Positions 1 through 10,075 of a stretch of DNA of 45,513 nt are shown here, piece by piece. Position 1 is the stretch's first letter; every line of letters starts with the position of its first letter. Source of the DNA: a virus (lineage: Duplodnaviria > Caudoviricetes); IMG/VR virus record IMGVR_UViG_3300044723_003063, positions 1 through 45,513 of that record. The stretch is one strand, 5' to 3'. Both the position numbers and the translations under genes were made by a program. Below the pieces are notes generated by a model, which ran no database searches, was not told where the DNA came from, and was given only the letters and a program-made list of their open reading frames with translations.

Positions 1-935
1 TCACCTGCATTCAGTTTTATGTACCCTTTAGTACCTCCAAATTGTGCGGTATTTTTAATTTCAAAATTACTTACCGTGCTTCCAAAAGAATAAGCATCTA
101 TGGTAGTATCGCTATACACCTCCATATCGAGGTAGTCTATTTGAAAACTTGCAGTCTGTATTGCATAGACTCCTAAATCATGACCTAGTCCGCCTTGTCT
201 TCCTATAGTAACAGATCCTGATACATCTAAAGATCCGGAAAGTACTGTTGGACCTTTATGAGTCCAGGATCCGGTTGAATTAATTGTAGATCCGGACATA
301 TACAGGTCACCTGCGTCTATCTTAGTGTATCCTTTAGTGCTACCGAATCCTAAACTATTTTCAATAGTAACATTTCCAGGTAATGCAGGATTTGCATCAT
401 AAAAAGACTCTCCTCTAATTTCTGTGTTTACTCGTCCACGCATTAAAGCAGATTCATTTCCTAATAATTCTAAATTAGCTACTAAAATAGATCCTGTAGT
501 AGAATTATAACCTGTTCCTGATGCTACATCCACTGTAAAACCTCCTACTACATCTAAAGAACCTGAGATTCCTGCTGATCCTGTGTATGGGAAAGTGGAA
601 CCTCCTCCGGCAGAACCGGTATCTACTGTTATATTAAAGGTAGAAGCATCTCCTTTGGTAAATGTAATAGTATTTAAGCTTACAGAAGCTGTTGTTAATA
701 ATGACCCGGTATCGGTTGATCCTCCGGATATTCCTGTTAGATTAGAACCATCACCTTGAAAAGATCCTGAGAATGATCCTGATAGTGTATTAATACTTGA
801 GGATAAGAAAGGTACACTATCGGTAAAGTCAATAAGATTATTTCTTACGTCTGCTGCTGAGATATCACCTGAGGTATTATCTGCTAAATCAGTGTTCAGG
901 TTTGCCTGTAGTCCGGCTTTGGTTCTTTGTGTCAT
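1..935 (-). CDS. Putative virion/fibre protein, 3'-truncated by the window edge (not in the ORF track)
   Basis: ATG at 935-933 reads MTQRTKAGLQANLNTDLADNTSGDISAADVRNN... and stays open to the window edge. Gly/Ser/Thr-rich with SGS repeats and an internal repeat FGSTKGYTKIDAG / FGGTKGYIKLNAG. TATTTATA lies 4 nt upstream. Confidence 0.8.
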   Translation of the reverse strand, partial: MTQRTKAGLQANLNTDLADNTSGDISAADVRNNLIDFTDSVPFLSSSINTLSGSFSGSFQGDGSNLTGISGGSTDTGSLLTTASVSLNTITFTKGDASTFNITVDTGSAGGGSTFPYTGSAGISGSLDVVGGFTVDVASGTGYNSTTGSILVANLELLGNESALMRGRVNTEIRGESFYDANPALPGNVTIENSLGFGSTKGYTKIDAGDLYMSGSTINSTGSWTHKGPTVLSGSLDVSGSVTIGRQGGLGHDLGVYAIQTASFQIDYLDMEVYSDTTIDAYSFGSTVSNFEIKNTAQFGGTKGYIKLNAG

Positions 936-949
936 TTGTTATAAATATT

Positions 950-1456
950 TTAAACGTCTATAAGAACGTAATTTCCTTTGTATTTCATTACATTATAAGG
1001 AGACCAGTCTATTTCATCAGTCTCAATTCCGGCTTTTTCTAAAGCATTCTTAACTCCGACTACAAAGTCTTTTAAAGAGTCTGGAATGTCATTTAAAGCT
1101 TTTTCTTCTCCGTCTATAATATAAGCTTCAGCAGCTGGTTTAACTACTTTTATTAAGTCTTTCTCATCATTTCCAATCTCCATTGCATTAGGCATATCTA
1201 GGATTGCTAGCTTATCGGAGATCTTTTCTAAACCCAAAATAGGAATAATGTAAGGGGATGAATGCCCTAATAATTTCTCTGCATGTTCAATCTCTATAGA
1301 GTCAGTCGTTACTTTCTTAACGTCTTCTCCTTTTTCTAAAACGATTCCCCAGTCTCCAGATCCTACCCGTCTCCAGCCTTGATCTTCAAGTTTATAGATT
1401 TCGGCAGATAATGCCGGGGTCATCATTACTTCTTTTAATATATCTAAGAGTTTCAT
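950..1456 (-). CDS. Minimal protein-kinase-fold protein with a putative capsid-targeting N-terminus
   Basis: Gly-rich loop VGSGDWGIV, Lys in VKKVT, helix-C Glu (IEIEHA), catalytic-loop-like IDWSPYNVM and terminal LIDV (DFG position). Starts MKLLDILKE. Confidence 0.7.
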   Translation of the reverse strand: MKLLDILKEVMMTPALSAEIYKLEDQGWRRVGSGDWGIVLEKGEDVKKVTTDSIEIEHAEKLLGHSSPYIIPILGLEKISDKLAILDMPNAMEIGNDEKDLIKVVKPAAEAYIIDGEEKALNDIPDSLKDFVVGVKNALEKAGIETDEIDWSPYNVMKYKGNYVLIDV

Positions 1457-1460
1457 AAAT

Positions 1461-1492
1461 AAAAAAGCCCTCTCTAATAAATAGGAGGGCTC
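1461..1492 (-). terminator. Intrinsic terminator after the tail tube gene
   Basis: Minus strand AGCCCTC-CTATTTATTAGA-GAGGGCT followed by a T run. Confidence 0.8.
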
Positions 1493-1512
1493 TTATAGAT
1501 TCTTTAATTAGA

Positions 1513-2001
1513 TTAGAAGTTCAATACGCAGTAGTCCATTCCAATAGTTAGTGAAATGTTCTGTGCTTCTGCACCAGTATCCCAGTTCATATCGGCAAAC
1601 TTGGCACTCTTAATAAATGCTCCTTTGATTACCCACTCAGATACTACATCTCCTACAGGTCCTAAGATATCAATAGTTAAATCTTTTTTGTAGAAATCTG
1701 AATATCCATCTCTACCTGTTACTGATTCATGTCCTAAACGAACCCACTCCATTACTGCTTGTGCTCCAGAAGGTGTAATTGGATCAAATAAAGTCATTGT
1801 AATATCAGACCATACTGTCTTTCCTTTTACTTTTCTATATACGTTAATATGATTAAGTATAATCTCCTCTGAAGTTGTTTCTACACCGGTCACTCCTTTA
1901 ATAAAGAATGAAGGAATACCATCAACGATCATTACAAATCGATTGGCTACTTTGGGTTCGAAGGCGGTGAAGAATACTTCGTTTGAATTTAATACTGCCA
2001 T
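1513..2001 (-). CDS. Tail tube protein (T4 gp19-like)
   Basis: FEPKVANRF, WSDITMTLFDPI, YKKDLTIDILGPVG..VSEWVIKGAF. 162 aa, directly downstream of the sheath gene. Confidence 0.9.
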   Translation of the reverse strand: MAVLNSNEVFFTAFEPKVANRFVMIVDGIPSFFIKGVTGVETTSEEIILNHINVYRKVKGKTVWSDITMTLFDPITPSGAQAVMEWVRLGHESVTGRDGYSDFYKKDLTIDILGPVGDVVSEWVIKGAFIKSAKFADMNWDTGAEAQNISLTIGMDYCVLNF

Positions 2002-2044
2002 TGTTTTACTTTTTATCTATTATAAATATCTGTCTTTAATTAAA

Positions 2045-3751
2045 TTATCCTGGGAATGTAGCTCCTGTTGGTAATACGTTAAAGTCAAGAATCACATATT
2101 CTGCAGTTCTAGTAGGTTGTAAGTAAATTTGACCTATTAGTTCGTTTCTATCGATTACGTCTGCAGTGTTATTTGACTCATCCATTACTACCTTGAAAGC
2201 ATATAGACCCTGTCTCTGTTGAACTGATTCTAAGTAAGGATTAACCTGTGCTAAGAAGTTATTTCTAGTTGCGATTGTATTCTGCTCGAATACTAAGTTA
2301 TCACCAACCTGAGAAATGTAACTCTTAAGTTCGATTAACAATCTTCTTACGTTTACTCTATCAAGCGCAGAAGCTTTCTTCTGTAAGGTCTTCTGTCCGA
2401 ATACTACTGTTCCTTGATTTGGGAATGTAGCAATTGGGTTAACTTTACCGCTATAAAGAGTATCTCTATTTCCTTGAGTTAATTTTCTTTCTGCTCTTAC
2501 TACAGTTGATAAACCTCCTCTGTTAAATCCTGCTGGTGCAAACCATGCCTCTGAGGAATTATCGTTGAAAGCATATACTGCAGGTATCATTGTTGAAGCA
2601 GGTACCCAAACATTCTGTGTAGTGTCAGGATCTGGTGTTTGTAACCAAGGCCAGTAAGTTGCTGCATATGAAGAATCGATTCCTGCTGCTGTACTAACAA
2701 TAGTACTTAGAGCAGTTCCGTATCCGTCCATGTCAGCGACTACTAAATTGTCTCCTCTATTCTGTGCATTATTAATTAATGTAGTAATTTGAGTAGAGTG
2801 ATCAGACTTATTAAGACCAGGTACTGTGATTAAGTTAAACTTATATTCGTCGTAGTTAGCAAATAAGCTTAACATTGTAGTGTAATCACTTCCTGTTACA
2901 CCTTGAGTATCTGTAGCGTTGATTGCGTCGTAGAAGTTAGCTGTTCTTTGAGCAAAAGGAGTTCCTATTGCAGCTCCGAATGAACCAGAACCTGCAGTCG
3001 GTAGTGAACTTGTTAAGTTAGGCTTAGCTGTTCCTGTGTTATCAAAATAGTCAGGAGTTGGATAATTAACAGCTTTGACTCTTACATATTTAGAAACATT
3101 AGGATAAGATCCAGTAGTCTCTAAGTAGAAAGTTCCATCATCTGACATAATGTTTTGTGTCTGATCTCCTATTACTCTAGCAATATAGTCGGCAGATTTA
3201 GGATCTAAAGAAACATTCTGATATGATTCTAAAACTGTTTTTGAATTAGTGCTATCATTTCCTCTTCTAATTAATAAAGAGAAAGTACCCTGTGCTGTAT
3301 CAGTTCCTGTGATTTCCCATCTTAAGTTATCTGCTGATCCGCTAGTTAATCCTCCATTGCTTAATAAAGCACTATCACTATTCATGATTGTACCTTTAGA
3401 TAGAGTCTCAAGAACGAAAGATGCACTAGTGAATTCGTTTTGAATTGTACTTGATGTTGCAGCTGTATAAGTTCCATTAGTAACCCTTCCTACTAGTAGA
3501 GAATCTCCGCCGTTCTGGAAGTAGTTAAAAGCAGCAATTGAGGTAAAGTACGTATAAACGTCTGAACCTGAAGTTACTGTTGTTCCGAACTTATTCTGGT
3601 ATTCAGAGTAAGTGGTAACTAGTGTAGGAACGGTAGGACCTTTTACTGTAGGACCGATTATGGCTGCTCCTGCTTGAACAGGTTGTGCAGTCAAAAACGA
3701 CTGGTCATTTTCACGAGCTAATACACCTGGTGATAATAAAGTTTCTGCCAT
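2045..3751 (-). CDS. Tail sheath protein (T4 gp18-like)
   Basis: N-terminal LSPGVLARE; C-terminal WFAPAGFNRG, LYSGKVNPI, FGQKTLQ, DRVNVRRL, LQPTRTAEYV. Confidence 0.95.
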   Translation of the reverse strand: MAETLLSPGVLARENDQSFLTAQPVQAGAAIIGPTVKGPTVPTLVTTYSEYQNKFGTTVTSGSDVYTYFTSIAAFNYFQNGGDSLLVGRVTNGTYTAATSSTIQNEFTSASFVLETLSKGTIMNSDSALLSNGGLTSGSADNLRWEITGTDTAQGTFSLLIRRGNDSTNSKTVLESYQNVSLDPKSADYIARVIGDQTQNIMSDDGTFYLETTGSYPNVSKYVRVKAVNYPTPDYFDNTGTAKPNLTSSLPTAGSGSFGAAIGTPFAQRTANFYDAINATDTQGVTGSDYTTMLSLFANYDEYKFNLITVPGLNKSDHSTQITTLINNAQNRGDNLVVADMDGYGTALSTIVSTAAGIDSSYAATYWPWLQTPDPDTTQNVWVPASTMIPAVYAFNDNSSEAWFAPAGFNRGGLSTVVRAERKLTQGNRDTLYSGKVNPIATFPNQGTVVFGQKTLQKKASALDRVNVRRLLIELKSYISQVGDNLVFEQNTIATRNNFLAQVNPYLESVQQRQGLYAFKVVMDESNNTADVIDRNELIGQIYLQPTRTAEYVILDFNVLPTGATFPG

Positions 3752-3818
3752 TTTGTTTTTGTTTAAATAAGTAGTCTAATATAAATAGTATTCAAGAATG
3801 CAAAACTCCTTCAAGGTT

Positions 3819-4904
3819 TTAAACCAAAGGAGCTCTTCCAAATGCTGAACTAAACGCTAAACCAAACTCTTCTGGTACCGTTCTTAAAGCTACCGGCGGT
3901 CTAAAATCAGGTTCTTGGTAAGTAGTACCTGCCGGTGGATCTATAGAAGGTCTTTCTTCAGCATCAATCCGGGTTTCATTTACGATCTTAGACTCAGCAG
4001 GAGTTACAACTCCAAAGATATCTTCAACTGTTTCTGTCTGGATTAATACTTTACCTTTACTGAAGAATTTTTTTAACGCTGAGGTGTCTTTTGAGATAAT
4101 ATCAGGAACGATATAACCTCTCATTGTTATAGTAAAGTCTGTTTTAACTAATCTCTCTTCTCCTTGATTTAAAGTCTGGCTATTAGTAAATGAAGCAATG
4201 CTTGCATTAAACTTAAACCTAGCAGGATCTCCCCAATAACTATCAGAAGCATAATTAACTGCTTCAACAATCTTGTTCATCTGCTCAACATAATAAGTCC
4301 AAATAATACAAGAATAAGTTAAAGTTACATAATCAGGTACAACAGTGGCACTATAGGTTTTTATAGGTTTTCTGTTATTTAATAAATCAAAACGGCTATA
4401 GGCATTAGACTTTTGAAAGCCTTGTTGAGTTACTATATAATTCTGCGGGTTATTAGCATCTAACTTGTTACCAATGTTTAAATTCTTTTCCATAGAAGCT
4501 CTTTTGAACATAATCAAAGGAGCCATAATCTTCTCATTCTTATCTCTAAAGTAACCGTTCTTCTGGACAGAAGCCCATCTTTCAGGTGCTCCATAAATAA
4601 CCGGTACTGCTATTCTTTCTCCGTTTTGGACTGAAAAAGGTCTTATTACATTATTGAAATAGTATAAAATAGATTCATCTATATCCTGGATACCGATTGT
4701 TATTCCTTTAGTAGTATCTCCTTTTTCGGATATTTGCTGGGCACGGAAAGTATTTCTGGTTGCCGGATTAGTCTGATCAACAAAATGAGGTAATGGAGTA
4801 ATTCCATCATTAGGATTTCCTAAAGCAGTATCAAAAGGCTGATGAAGCCCGGTTGAGATCTCTCTTTGATTTTTAGGTACTGGTTTTCTAACTTTGCCTG
4901 CCAT
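3819..4904 (-). CDS. Tail terminator / sheath stabiliser (T4 gp15-like)
   Basis: VPVIYGAPERW, PLIMFKR, VPDYVTLTYSCIIWTYYVEQMNKIVE. Sits between the neck and sheath genes. Confidence 0.7.
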   Translation of the reverse strand: MAGKVRKPVPKNQREISTGLHQPFDTALGNPNDGITPLPHFVDQTNPATRNTFRAQQISEKGDTTKGITIGIQDIDESILYYFNNVIRPFSVQNGERIAVPVIYGAPERWASVQKNGYFRDKNEKIMAPLIMFKRASMEKNLNIGNKLDANNPQNYIVTQQGFQKSNAYSRFDLLNNRKPIKTYSATVVPDYVTLTYSCIIWTYYVEQMNKIVEAVNYASDSYWGDPARFKFNASIASFTNSQTLNQGEERLVKTDFTITMRGYIVPDIISKDTSALKKFFSKGKVLIQTETVEDIFGVVTPAESKIVNETRIDAEERPSIDPPAGTTYQEPDFRPPVALRTVPEEFGLAFSSAFGRAPLV

Positions 4905-5395
4905 TATCCTCTTTCTTTAGTTATTCCTATCTTATCTGCAGGAACAAGGTGGGTTGAACATAATATTGAAATAGAAGAACCGAAATTCTCTAGACCGGAA
5001 GAATATGCATAGTCCGGTGTCTTACCTACAAACAGCTGATTCTCTACTATACCGTCTACTTCATAATAATTTTCATAATAGAAAATAACATCACCAACTT
5101 CCGGTACTAGTTCAATATCTAGTAAATCCTGTCTAAAGAATGCAAAATCTAAAGTACGAGTAACATCCGGACCCCAGTCGTCTGAGTTCCAGGTTTGATT
5201 TCCTCTGGTTATTAGTGCATTTAGTAGTGTAGGATCAGAAACGTATTTTTCAACTGCTTCTCCGTAAATATTGGTGGTAGATTTAGATAGGGAGATTTTA
5301 TAATATCCTACCTGTTGGGTGATCACATCCCCAAGCAGTTCTCTGTTTATTGAGTTAAACAGTAAAATATCTCTCTGCCTTCCAAATAATGCCAT
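4904..5395 (-). CDS. Neck protein / head closure (T4 gp14-like)
   Basis: TNIYGEA and PEVGDVIFY..YYEV motifs; synteny with the gp13-like gene. Confidence 0.7.
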   Translation of the reverse strand: MALFGRQRDILLFNSINRELLGDVITQQVGYYKISLSKSTTNIYGEAVEKYVSDPTLLNALITRGNQTWNSDDWGPDVTRTLDFAFFRQDLLDIELVPEVGDVIFYYENYYEVDGIVENQLFVGKTPDYAYSSGLENFGSSISILCSTHLVPADKIGITKERG

Positions 5396-5713
5396 TTACA
5401 GTTCATCTATTTTTTGAAGTCTCTTAAGACTATATTTAAATTTTTTAAGCTCGGGAATCTTCTCTATTGCTAGCTTTTTAACTGTATCAAAAGTTTCCTG
5501 TCCGGGCTTGGTTGTTACAACTTTTATTTCCAAGATTCCTCTTGGCTCTGGATCCTCTTTATCTGTCTTATTGTTAACTACAGTTACATAAGGTAAAGAA
5601 CGGATAATCTGAGCAATATCGGTTATATTGGTTTCGTCTGAGAATTCTACATAAGCGTAAGTGTCGTACATGCTATATGTTAACTCAGATAATATGTTTA
5701 TTAATTTACTCAT
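5396..5713 (-). CDS. Hypothetical protein with MSKLINILSE leader
   Basis: 105-aa ORF tightly packed in the operon; TATTTATA at 5724-5731 upstream. Confidence 0.7.
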   Translation of the reverse strand: MSKLINILSELTYSMYDTYAYVEFSDETNITDIAQIIRSLPYVTVVNNKTDKEDPEPRGILEIKVVTTKPGQETFDTVKKLAIEKIPELKKFKYSLKRLQKIDEL

Positions 5714-5715
5714 TG

Positions 5716-6873
5716 TTATCCAATATAAATAAAATATGGAGCCTGTGAAAGCTCTTTTTGTTTAAAGTCAGATTCTGCCGCTCTTCTTTCTAAAAGCTTC
5801 TCTCTTGAAGTTTCTTCCAGGTACCCTCTTAGTCTTTCTACCAGGGCATTCTTTTCAGCCGTTCCTGCGGCAATAAGATCGGCATGATTTAGAGTAACTT
5901 CAGCTCCCGGAATAGGAACTGTACCGTATTTACCTCTAACATATCCAAGCATTTCTTTTGCTAGAGCTAGAGTGTATTCAAATATCCACTGTCTTCCTAT
6001 GGAGTTAATCAGCTTATAGGTGGGATTAGCATATGGAACATTTGATACGTTTGTTACCGGACTATTGATTCCGGAGTCTCCTGCGGGGTTCTGTCTATCA
6101 GAGTTTTTAATGTACTGAAAGAATAGCTTTCCTCCGTCTACTGTCGGTATCGGGAAAAGCTTTAATTTATTATTTATCAGTTCAAAAGAGTATTGAGACT
6201 TTCTAATCTGGTCGTTAAACTCAATTGCTTGAATCTTTTGAAGATCATAATTGATCGGCATTAATAGGAAATTGATTGCCGGTGAGTAATTACCCCATCC
6301 AAAAGTATCTAATAAATTTACCATCCCGGTACCTGTTCCTGCATAAGGATCAAAGTACCTTACAATGGCAGGAGGTGCCTGATAAAAGACTCTTTTTATT
6401 TCTATTGAATCTCCGGCATCTAAAGATGCTGAAGTTGCTGCCCAGGCATCTAAGTCGTAAACCTGCTGACCATTAACAGTTGTTATAGATCCGCTATACC
6501 ATTCAACGTTTCCTCCAACTCCTACCTCTTCACCGTATTGCTGGGACATCCTTATGATAGATGCCATATTCGGCTGAATTAAGGTATTGTTAAAGTTAGA
6601 TCCTGTTGATGCTCCTTCAACGTCTAAGTAGTCCTGTCTTACTTTATAAGCATAGACTTCGTTCCCGTAAGTTGTTACTGCTTCTTCAAAAGCTGTATAA
6701 AGATGAGTAGGTTGTAATTCTACATCTGATATCGGATACCCTAATCTACGGGCACAGAAATCTGCTACCTTATCAGCATCGGTTTGAAACTGATAATCAT
6801 AATCATAAAATCCAAAAGGTGTATCTCCGGGAAAGAATGAAGAAGAACCGGGCCAGATTGTAGCATTTGCCAT
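5716..6873 (-). CDS. Neck protein / head-tail adaptor (T4 gp13-like)
   Basis: RRLGYPISDVEL and WIFEYTLALAKEMLGYVRGKY..PIPGAEVTLN are typical of gp13. Confidence 0.8.
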   Translation of the reverse strand: MANATIWPGSSSFFPGDTPFGFYDYDYQFQTDADKVADFCARRLGYPISDVELQPTHLYTAFEEAVTTYGNEVYAYKVRQDYLDVEGASTGSNFNNTLIQPNMASIIRMSQQYGEEVGVGGNVEWYSGSITTVNGQQVYDLDAWAATSASLDAGDSIEIKRVFYQAPPAIVRYFDPYAGTGTGMVNLLDTFGWGNYSPAINFLLMPINYDLQKIQAIEFNDQIRKSQYSFELINNKLKLFPIPTVDGGKLFFQYIKNSDRQNPAGDSGINSPVTNVSNVPYANPTYKLINSIGRQWIFEYTLALAKEMLGYVRGKYGTVPIPGAEVTLNHADLIAAGTAEKNALVERLRGYLEETSREKLLERRAAESDFKQKELSQAPYFIYIG

Positions 6874-6901
6874 ATGTTATAAATAGGCTAAATCTAACCT
6901 A

Positions 6902-7588
6902 TTAAACGTAGAAGATATGGAAATGAAAGTTAACGTTTGGATTTGAGCTCTTAAACGATAGATTTGGTGGTGGACCTGCTGGATCTACTGATACTGAGGT
7001 TCCTGCATTATCTTCAGCTGTTGCTGTAATGAAAACGTTTTGGTTAAGTGTTTTTCCTATTAGTTCATTTACAGTTACGTTTGCTGTACTTGCTCCGTCT
7101 GTTTGGGAGGCTCCGACAATCATTTTTAAAGGAGAACCTGGAACTGCGGGAGATCCGGATGGATATATTGGTCCGTCAACGAAAGTTGGATCTGTATAAG
7201 TAGTAGCAAAAGATGCTGTAGTTGCTAAAGAAGCTGTACCTTCAAAATTACCGGCTGTTAGAGTATCTGAGTTTGGGTTATAAGATAGCCCTGTTGTATC
7301 ATAATATAATGCTGATGTGCTAGATCCGGTAGAGGCTAAATAAGGAACTGTATAGTCTTTATTTGCTGCTATATTTGAGATGACAGAAGTATTTGATCTT
7401 ACTGCTGCTGTAAAGTAGCCAGATCCAGTTGCTCCAGATAAGGTTACAGAACCAGAAACTACTAAAGAACCAGAAACTGTAATATCGTAAGCTGCCGTTC
7501 CTGTTAAAGCGTCAACGGATTGAGTTACATGCCAGGCATTAATAGTCTGGTCTTGTGCTATACCGGTTTTTGAAAGCGTAAGTGCCAT
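6902..7588 (-). CDS. Putative virion fibre/spike protein
   Basis: Thr/Ser/Gly-rich beta-type composition, VSGS repeats, TASLATTASFAT coil, late-type motif upstream. Confidence 0.6.
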   Translation of the reverse strand: MALTLSKTGIAQDQTINAWHVTQSVDALTGTAAYDITVSGSLVVSGSVTLSGATGSGYFTAAVRSNTSVISNIAANKDYTVPYLASTGSSTSALYYDTTGLSYNPNSDTLTAGNFEGTASLATTASFATTYTDPTFVDGPIYPSGSPAVPGSPLKMIVGASQTDGASTANVTVNELIGKTLNQNVFITATAEDNAGTSVSVDPAGPPPNLSFKSSNPNVNFHFHIFYV

Positions 7589-7613
7589 ATATAATAAATA
7601 TTCCTAAAACAGT

Positions 7614-7640
7614 AAAAGGAGCCCGGTTTAGAGAGCTCCT
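7614..7640 (-). terminator. Probable intrinsic terminator
   Basis: Minus strand AGGAGCTC-TCTAAACC-GGGCTCCT-TTT after ORF 7664-7915. Confidence 0.6.
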
Positions 7641-7663
7641 AATATAGGTGGTTATTCAGGTAT

Positions 7664-7915
7664 CTAGCCTGCGGGAGTAAACTCTCCATTTTCTAAGTCT
7701 AAAGAACCGTTTCCGTAAGTATCAAATAATTTTTGACTTAAGGTCTGTTCTTCAATTCTCAAGGCTTCGAAAGCTTCTTCAACTTTTTCTCTCTGCAATT
7801 TTAGGTTCAATCTAGCTACTTCAATGCTTCCTAATTCTTGAGTAAGATTAGCATTTTGCTGCTGTAGGTCACGAAGGTCTTTGAGCTCTTCTTCGGTTAG
7901 TTTTTTAGGTTCCAT
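7664..7915 (-). CDS. Small coiled-coil protein (possible fibre assembly chaperone)
   Basis: 83 aa with heptads, ending YGNGSLDLENGEF; has its own promoter-like site and terminator. Confidence 0.7.
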   Translation of the reverse strand: MEPKKLTEEELKDLRDLQQQNANLTQELGSIEVARLNLKLQREKVEEAFEALRIEEQTLSQKLFDTYGNGSLDLENGEFTPAG

Positions 7916-7922
7916 ATTTTTT

Positions 7923-7951
7923 AATATAATAACTATTTTTGATTAAGGCAA
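7923..7951 (-). promoter_or_regulatory. Sigma70-like promoter TTGCCT-N17-TATATT
   Basis: Exact 17-nt spacer; the same pattern recurs at 11660-11688 and 17822-17850. Confidence 0.6.
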
Positions 7952-8004
7952 CTTATTTTACAGTCTAAAAGTAAGTGGTTCATATTATTACTTATAAGTA
8001 GTTA

Positions 8005-8850
8005 CTAGGTTGGATCTACTCCGTTTTCACAGTATCGACACATATCATAACAGGTATTAAGTTTCGGTATTACTTCTTCGTACTCCTGTTCAAACATATT
8101 ACCTATAATATAACTTAAGGAATAATCCATACAACATAAAGATACATCACCGTTTGGAAGCATTACGTTATGGTATAGTTTTTCTATACAGCCGCAGGTC
8201 TTAGGAGATTCTCCGTGGTAGATAGATTTAAACATATCTTTAATATTCAAGAGTTCTGGTTTCATTATAGCCTCTCCGATTAAATTACCGGCTCTAGACC
8301 ACATCTCAGGAATTCCTACATTATTAAATACGTGATTAACATCCTCATGAACTGTACCCATAGACATTAAGTAAAAGGACTGAATTTGGTTCCTATATTC
8401 TCCAAATTTCTCTACTACTTCTATATAACGTTTGGTAATGGGGTGTTTGGCTCTTCTTTCCTGGTCGGGTAAATGTAAAACAAATCCTCCATTAACTCCT
8501 CCGTCAAAAGGAATGTCTTTTAATCTTTCTACATCCTCAACCGTCATTCCAACGGCTGTAGTGAATCCAGATACCCGGTGTCCTCTTTCATGAGCATATA
8601 AAAGCATATCCGTACAATGCCTATTGGTCCAGGGTTCGGTAAATCCGGCAAAAGTAATCCGGACTTCTGTTGGAATTTTATCTATTGCTCTTTTAAAATC
8701 CTCTAAAGATAAATGTTTATCTCCATTGTAGTTTTTAACCAGAGTTCTCTGAGGGCAGAATATACAGTCAACAACGCATCCTTTCTTAGGAAGATTAGTT
8801 GTGATTTCCATAGTCGCGTAGTCGGTTGTTTTCCAGTCTTGATTAGCCAT
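8005..8850 (-). CDS. Radical SAM protein with SPASM/twitch-like domain
   Basis: CxxxCxxC (CVVDCIFC), AGFTEP, and C-terminal CGC..NVMLPNGDVSLCCMD..CYDMCRYC. Confidence 0.9.
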   Translation of the reverse strand: MANQDWKTTDYATMEITTNLPKKGCVVDCIFCPQRTLVKNYNGDKHLSLEDFKRAIDKIPTEVRITFAGFTEPWTNRHCTDMLLYAHERGHRVSGFTTAVGMTVEDVERLKDIPFDGGVNGGFVLHLPDQERRAKHPITKRYIEVVEKFGEYRNQIQSFYLMSMGTVHEDVNHVFNNVGIPEMWSRAGNLIGEAIMKPELLNIKDMFKSIYHGESPKTCGCIEKLYHNVMLPNGDVSLCCMDYSLSYIIGNMFEQEYEEVIPKLNTCYDMCRYCENGVDPT

Positions 8851-10075
8851 TTAATAAGTAGTTACTTGCTTTTTTAGCTCCTTCAAAAGGATCGGTCATT
8901 GTTTTTAAGATTTTCGGATCTATTAAGTCAGGATGTACCCACCAGTCCTCAAAGTTAGAATTCCTATCCGGGGCAATATCTCCTACTACCATCACATAAC
9001 CTTTATCTTCTAAAAATTTTCTTGATAATTCTCGATAGTCTAATGAACGGTCTGCATAATGATCATGCTCATAAGTGATTACTCTAAACTTGTATTTATC
9101 AAAAGGAATTGAGGTTAAAACTTTGTAAGTATTTTCTGCAGGTTCAACATCAAGCTGTAGGTAATCTACAGTTTTTCCAAGTTTATGCTCGTGTATGAGA
9201 GCGTTAAAATCTGCTTTAGTAGCATCCTGTAAAATGCATTTATTCTTACGGCTACCATTAAATTCTTGAACTTCTTTAGAATCGATATCTAACGAGAATC
9301 CCTTCCAATTAAATTGAGTTTCTAGTAAAGCTGTGTTATTTCCTGAGAAAGGTCCGGCTGATCCTACTTCAATATAGGTTCCGTTTCTTTTTCCATCTAA
9401 CATAGAAAGTACAAACATGTCCTGTAAAGCCTGAGAGTAGTTCTTTTCTATTTTATCTGAATCTTTGAATTTGTATCTAAGGTTATTAGGGTCCAGATCT
9501 TTATTATAAGGTAGTTTAAAAAATCTTTCTCCTCCGATATTTGCTAGATTTGAATGACAGGCATCTGTAAATTTATCTTCTAGAGTCCAATCCTTTAGTA
9601 AATGTTGAAATAAAGAACGGGATTCATCACATCTACCAATCCACCAGCCGGCTACCGCTTTTTGAAATAGTAAAGCATGTTCTCCCGGGTAATCAATATC
9701 AGTTAGAGTTTCTTTAGTGTGGTTTAATTTAGATAACCCTTGAACGGCTGCCAGATAGGATTCCTGCCATTCTTCTTTTATCTGATGATCATAACTAAGG
9801 TGGTAATATGCTTCCGGACGGTCGGGATTAAAAGTTATTGCATTTAAGATCGCTCCTCTAGTTGAATGAGGACGTCCTTCTAATTCTTTAAGGCATAACA
9901 TAACCTTAAGTAAAGCTTCATAAACTAGATCTTCACTGTCTTCTCCATATTCTGCAGCTCTTAAGAAATAAGATAGAGCTGCTGCTTTATGACCTTCCTG
10001 GTAATATTGTTCTCCTAACCAGAGATTAGTTTCTAAATTATAAGGATTGTTAATAAAATCTGTATACCTATCCAT
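8843..10075 (-). CDS. TPR-like domain fused to an FkbM-family methyltransferase
   Basis: Helical TPR-like N-half (PDRPEAYYHL). C-half YSQALQD..GTYIEVGS..NNTALLE..WKG..DYLQLDVE..VITYEHD. Confidence 0.8.
   Translation of the reverse strand: MDRYTDFINNPYNLETNLWLGEQYYQEGHKAAALSYFLRAAEYGEDSEDLVYEALLKVMLCLKELEGRPHSTRGAILNAITFNPDRPEAYYHLSYDHQIKEEWQESYLAAVQGLSKLNHTKETLTDIDYPGEHALLFQKAVAGWWIGRCDESRSLFQHLLKDWTLEDKFTDACHSNLANIGGERFFKLPYNKDLDPNNLRYKFKDSDKIEKNYSQALQDMFVLSMLDGKRNGTYIEVGSAGPFSGNNTALLETQFNWKGFSLDIDSKEVQEFNGSRKNKCILQDATKADFNALIHEHKLGKTVDYLQLDVEPAENTYKVLTSIPFDKYKFRVITYEHDHYADRSLDYRELSRKFLEDKGYVMVVGDIAPDRNSNFEDWWVHPDLIDPKILKTMTDPFEGAKKASNYLLNG

Noticed and set aside
7934-8000. Palindrome TACTTATAAGTA (7989-8000) and a 16-codon ORF MNHLLLDCKISCLNQK
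   Set aside because: AT-rich and short, and the ORF overlaps a promoter-like site. It may be a variant late motif but there is no supporting evidence.
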